From an uncultured Poribacteria bacterium (GTDB lineage: Bacteria > Poribacteria > WGA-4E > WGA-3G): DNA of 64,000 nucleotides. The stretch covers positions 2,400,001 through 2,464,000 of the forward strand of contig OX638351.1 of the NCBI GenBank assembly GCA_951813565.1, in the 5' to 3' direction. Made by a program: the position numbers and the translations under genes. Every line of letters starts with the position of its first letter. Position 1 is the stretch's first letter. Below, in pieces: positions 61,601-64,000 of this stretch. Below the pieces are notes generated by a model, which saw only the letters and a program-made list of their open reading frames with translations, had not been told where the DNA came from and did not search any database.

Positions 61601-62320
61601 ATGTTAGTATCTGTTATTATTCCTGCTTACAATGAAGAGCAAACGATCCGACAGGTACTTGAAACTGTGCAGGCACTACCCCTTGAGAAACAGATTATAG
61701 TTGTTAATGACGGGTCAACTGATGATACTTACACTATCCTTGAGGAACTCCGTAGCGACAAAAGTTTAACTATCGTTCATTGTAAGGAGAACCGGGGTAA
61801 GGGTTTTGCAATTCGGAGTGGGATTCCACATGTCAAAGGCAAAGCAGTTATAATTCAGGATGCGGATATGGAACTTTCCCCGAATGACATTTTGCAACTG
61901 GTTGAACCCTTGAAAAATGAAAAGGTTGAAGTTGTCTACGGTTCGCGGTTTCTGGAGGGGAGGGGAAACGCGAGCATCCATAATTTTATTGCAAACAGAG
62001 TTCTCGCCATTTACACTAATCTCCTCTACGGATGCCGAATTACAGATGAATCTACTGGTTACAAGGCATTTTCAACTGACCTTTTAAAGGAATTAAATTT
62101 GACTTGTGAAGGGTTTGAATTCTGCCCTGAAGTTACAGCGAAGATTTTACGTGCAGGTTATCAGATCCATGAAGTGCCGGTCTCCTATTTCCCTCGCACA
62201 AAAAAAGAGGGTAAAAAACTCCGCTTTTGGTCAGATGGATTGTTTGCAGCATGGACGCTTTTAAAATATAGATTTATATCAAAGAGCAAGATTTTCAAAA
62301 CCACTATTAATAATGAGTAA
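61601..62320 (+). CDS. Glycosyltransferase family 2 (Dpm1-like)
   Basis: IIPAYNE, VNDGSTD, GKG, QDADME, YGSRF. Confidence 0.92.
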   Translation: MLVSVIIPAYNEEQTIRQVLETVQALPLEKQIIVVNDGSTDDTYTILEELRSDKSLTIVHCKENRGKGFAIRSGIPHVKGKAVIIQDADMELSPNDILQLVEPLKNEKVEVVYGSRFLEGRGNASIHNFIANRVLAIYTNLLYGCRITDESTGYKAFSTDLLKELNLTCEGFEFCPEVTAKILRAGYQIHEVPVSYFPRTKKEGKKLRFWSDGLFAAWTLLKYRFISKSKIFKTTINNE

Positions 62321-62356
62321 CATTTATACCAATATCTGGAGGTTAAATCATATATA

Positions 62357-63970
62357 ATGTATAAAAAGATTGTTTATTCTGCATTTCTCGTTTTGCTTAT
62401 GGGTGGCATGTCGTTTTCAGCATTCGGTCACGGTGAAGGTTCCACCTTATTAGAGGATGTGAACAGAGATGGCAAAGTAAATATTCAAGACCTTGTGCTG
62501 GTCGCAAATGCATTCGGACAACCATCGGACCGCACCGCTGTGCAAAACCCTGATGTCAATCGTGACGGAATTGTTAATATACTTGATCTTGTTCGGGTTG
62601 CTAACCGTTTAGGTGCAACTGAGCAAGAGGATAACTCAACCTATCATGAAATTCAGGATAATATCTTTGATAAAAGTTGCGCGAATAGTGCATGTCACGC
62701 TGCACCCCAAAATGCAGCGAATTTGAATCTCACTTACGAACAGTCCTATCAAGATTTGATTGATACAGTACCACGCAACACTGCAGCAGCAAATGCCGGG
62801 ATGAAACTTATTGACCCTGGCAATCCAGATAACAGTTTTCTTCTGACGAAGTTGATGGAACCAGAAGCACCAGAATTCGGAGCGCGCATGCCTTACTTTA
62901 TGGGACCCCTTCACAATGGAAAGATAGATGCGATTCGAAAGTGGATAGCCGCTGGCGCCCCACGGGAAGGAAAAGTTGCAGGCGTTGGTGATTTAGGTGT
63001 GTTACGTGATCCCGAAGAGGTGTTTAATCCTCCTCCGCCACCAGCACCTGGAGAAGGGTATCAAATCCATTTACCCCCTTTCAAAATTGAGCCGGGCACT
63101 GAGCGTGAAATATTCTACGCAACACAGATTAAGGATGAAAATGGACAACCTGTAGAGGGAGATATTTTTATTAACAGAGTTGAAATCTTCTATCCATCTG
63201 GAAGCCATCACTTCATCGTATATCGACTCACAGAGGAAGGTCTGGTAAATGGTGTTCAAAATAGAGGTGTAGACACCAGCATAGGTGTAAATCCGGAAGA
63301 TCAATTTCGCGAACTTGATCCAGATGATCCACAAGTTCTCGGCAACTTTGGGATTGATAGACTCTTTGTAGTCGGAACGCAGACAGATGATACACTCTTT
63401 GAATTCCCCGATGGTGTAGGATTGCGACTGCCCGGGAATACAGTTTTCGACCTGAATTCACACTATATCAATCTTCTCGGTGATGAAACGTTGATCGGGG
63501 AAACTTATGTCAATATCTACACAATTCCGGAGGAAGAAGTTAAGTACGAAGCAATTGAGATTTTTGTTTCCAATCGTGCAATAAATGTTCCACCAAATAC
63601 AACACGCGTTGCAAAATTGACGTGGTATGTTGAAGATGAATTAGAACGCCGCGGGCACGATCCTGATACAGAGTTGTATGTTTTCCTACTAACTTCACAC
63701 ATGCATCGACACGGTGACCTGTTTGAAATTTTTCAAAATTCAACAGGTGAATTGTTGCATCGCAGTATCGCTTATGATGATGCGCCTATAACACTGTTCG
63801 ATTCACCGCTTATTTTGAATGTTGATGACGGTCTCAAATTCCAGTGTACACATAATAACTACGATAAAAACGCCCCACTCCAATTCGGACTAACATCCGA
63901 AGACGAGATGTGTATCATCTTTGGATATTATTATATTCCAATAGAAAAGACTGGGGAGACAATTCAGTAA
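62357..63970 (+). CDS. Secreted dockerin + c-type-cytochrome-like + copper type II monooxygenase (PHM/DBH-like) fusion
   Basis: Two DVNRDG.VNI.DL repeats; CANSACH...RMP...IRKWI..GA; SHHF, NSHY, SHMH and DEMC copper ligands. Confidence 0.75.
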   Translation: MYKKIVYSAFLVLLMGGMSFSAFGHGEGSTLLEDVNRDGKVNIQDLVLVANAFGQPSDRTAVQNPDVNRDGIVNILDLVRVANRLGATEQEDNSTYHEIQDNIFDKSCANSACHAAPQNAANLNLTYEQSYQDLIDTVPRNTAAANAGMKLIDPGNPDNSFLLTKLMEPEAPEFGARMPYFMGPLHNGKIDAIRKWIAAGAPREGKVAGVGDLGVLRDPEEVFNPPPPPAPGEGYQIHLPPFKIEPGTEREIFYATQIKDENGQPVEGDIFINRVEIFYPSGSHHFIVYRLTEEGLVNGVQNRGVDTSIGVNPEDQFRELDPDDPQVLGNFGIDRLFVVGTQTDDTLFEFPDGVGLRLPGNTVFDLNSHYINLLGDETLIGETYVNIYTIPEEEVKYEAIEIFVSNRAINVPPNTTRVAKLTWYVEDELERRGHDPDTELYVFLLTSHMHRHGDLFEIFQNSTGELLHRSIAYDDAPITLFDSPLILNVDDGLKFQCTHNNYDKNAPLQFGLTSEDEMCIIFGYYYIPIEKTGETIQ

Positions 63971-64000
63971 CGACCACTGTATTTGACTGACGTTAGGTAT

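Noticed and set aside
1..64000. tRNA or rRNA genes
   Set aside because: None were recognised by eye; a tRNAscan-SE/Infernal run would be needed to exclude them.

Overview
A 64-kb bacterial window. Candidatus Poribacteria is the likely source (inference): a LamG protein ends in the AVxPxGKLATTWGxIK tail, and PhyH dioxygenases, a sulfatase, PQQ/BamB-like beta-propellers and a dockerin protein are present. The left half is a co-directional MoxR AAA+ / DUF58 / BatA-vWA / vWA-GATase-like / DUF4175-like / prenyltransferase-fold cluster. It is interrupted by accessory genes: an AT-rich nuclease-STAND NTPase, two C-type-lectin proteins, a glycosidase and a frameshifted repeat protein. The right half holds metabolic genes with several tandem paralog pairs, a broken IS630, a tnpB-only IS200/IS605 element whose empty site can be reconstructed, a type IIG RM remnant next to a fused ABC-ATPase/TOPRIM (PARIS-like) gene, and a dockerin-cytochrome c-copper monooxygenase fusion. 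The most unusual signal is intergenic and layered. MITEs with IS982-, IS256- and IS4-like ends carry or invade GTAG-type REP palindromes. Those REPs are in turn invaded, without target duplication, by a family of ~35-bp leader+hairpin micro-elements that show compensatory stem changes and nest inside one another. All calls come from reading the sequence and recognising motifs; no database searches were run.
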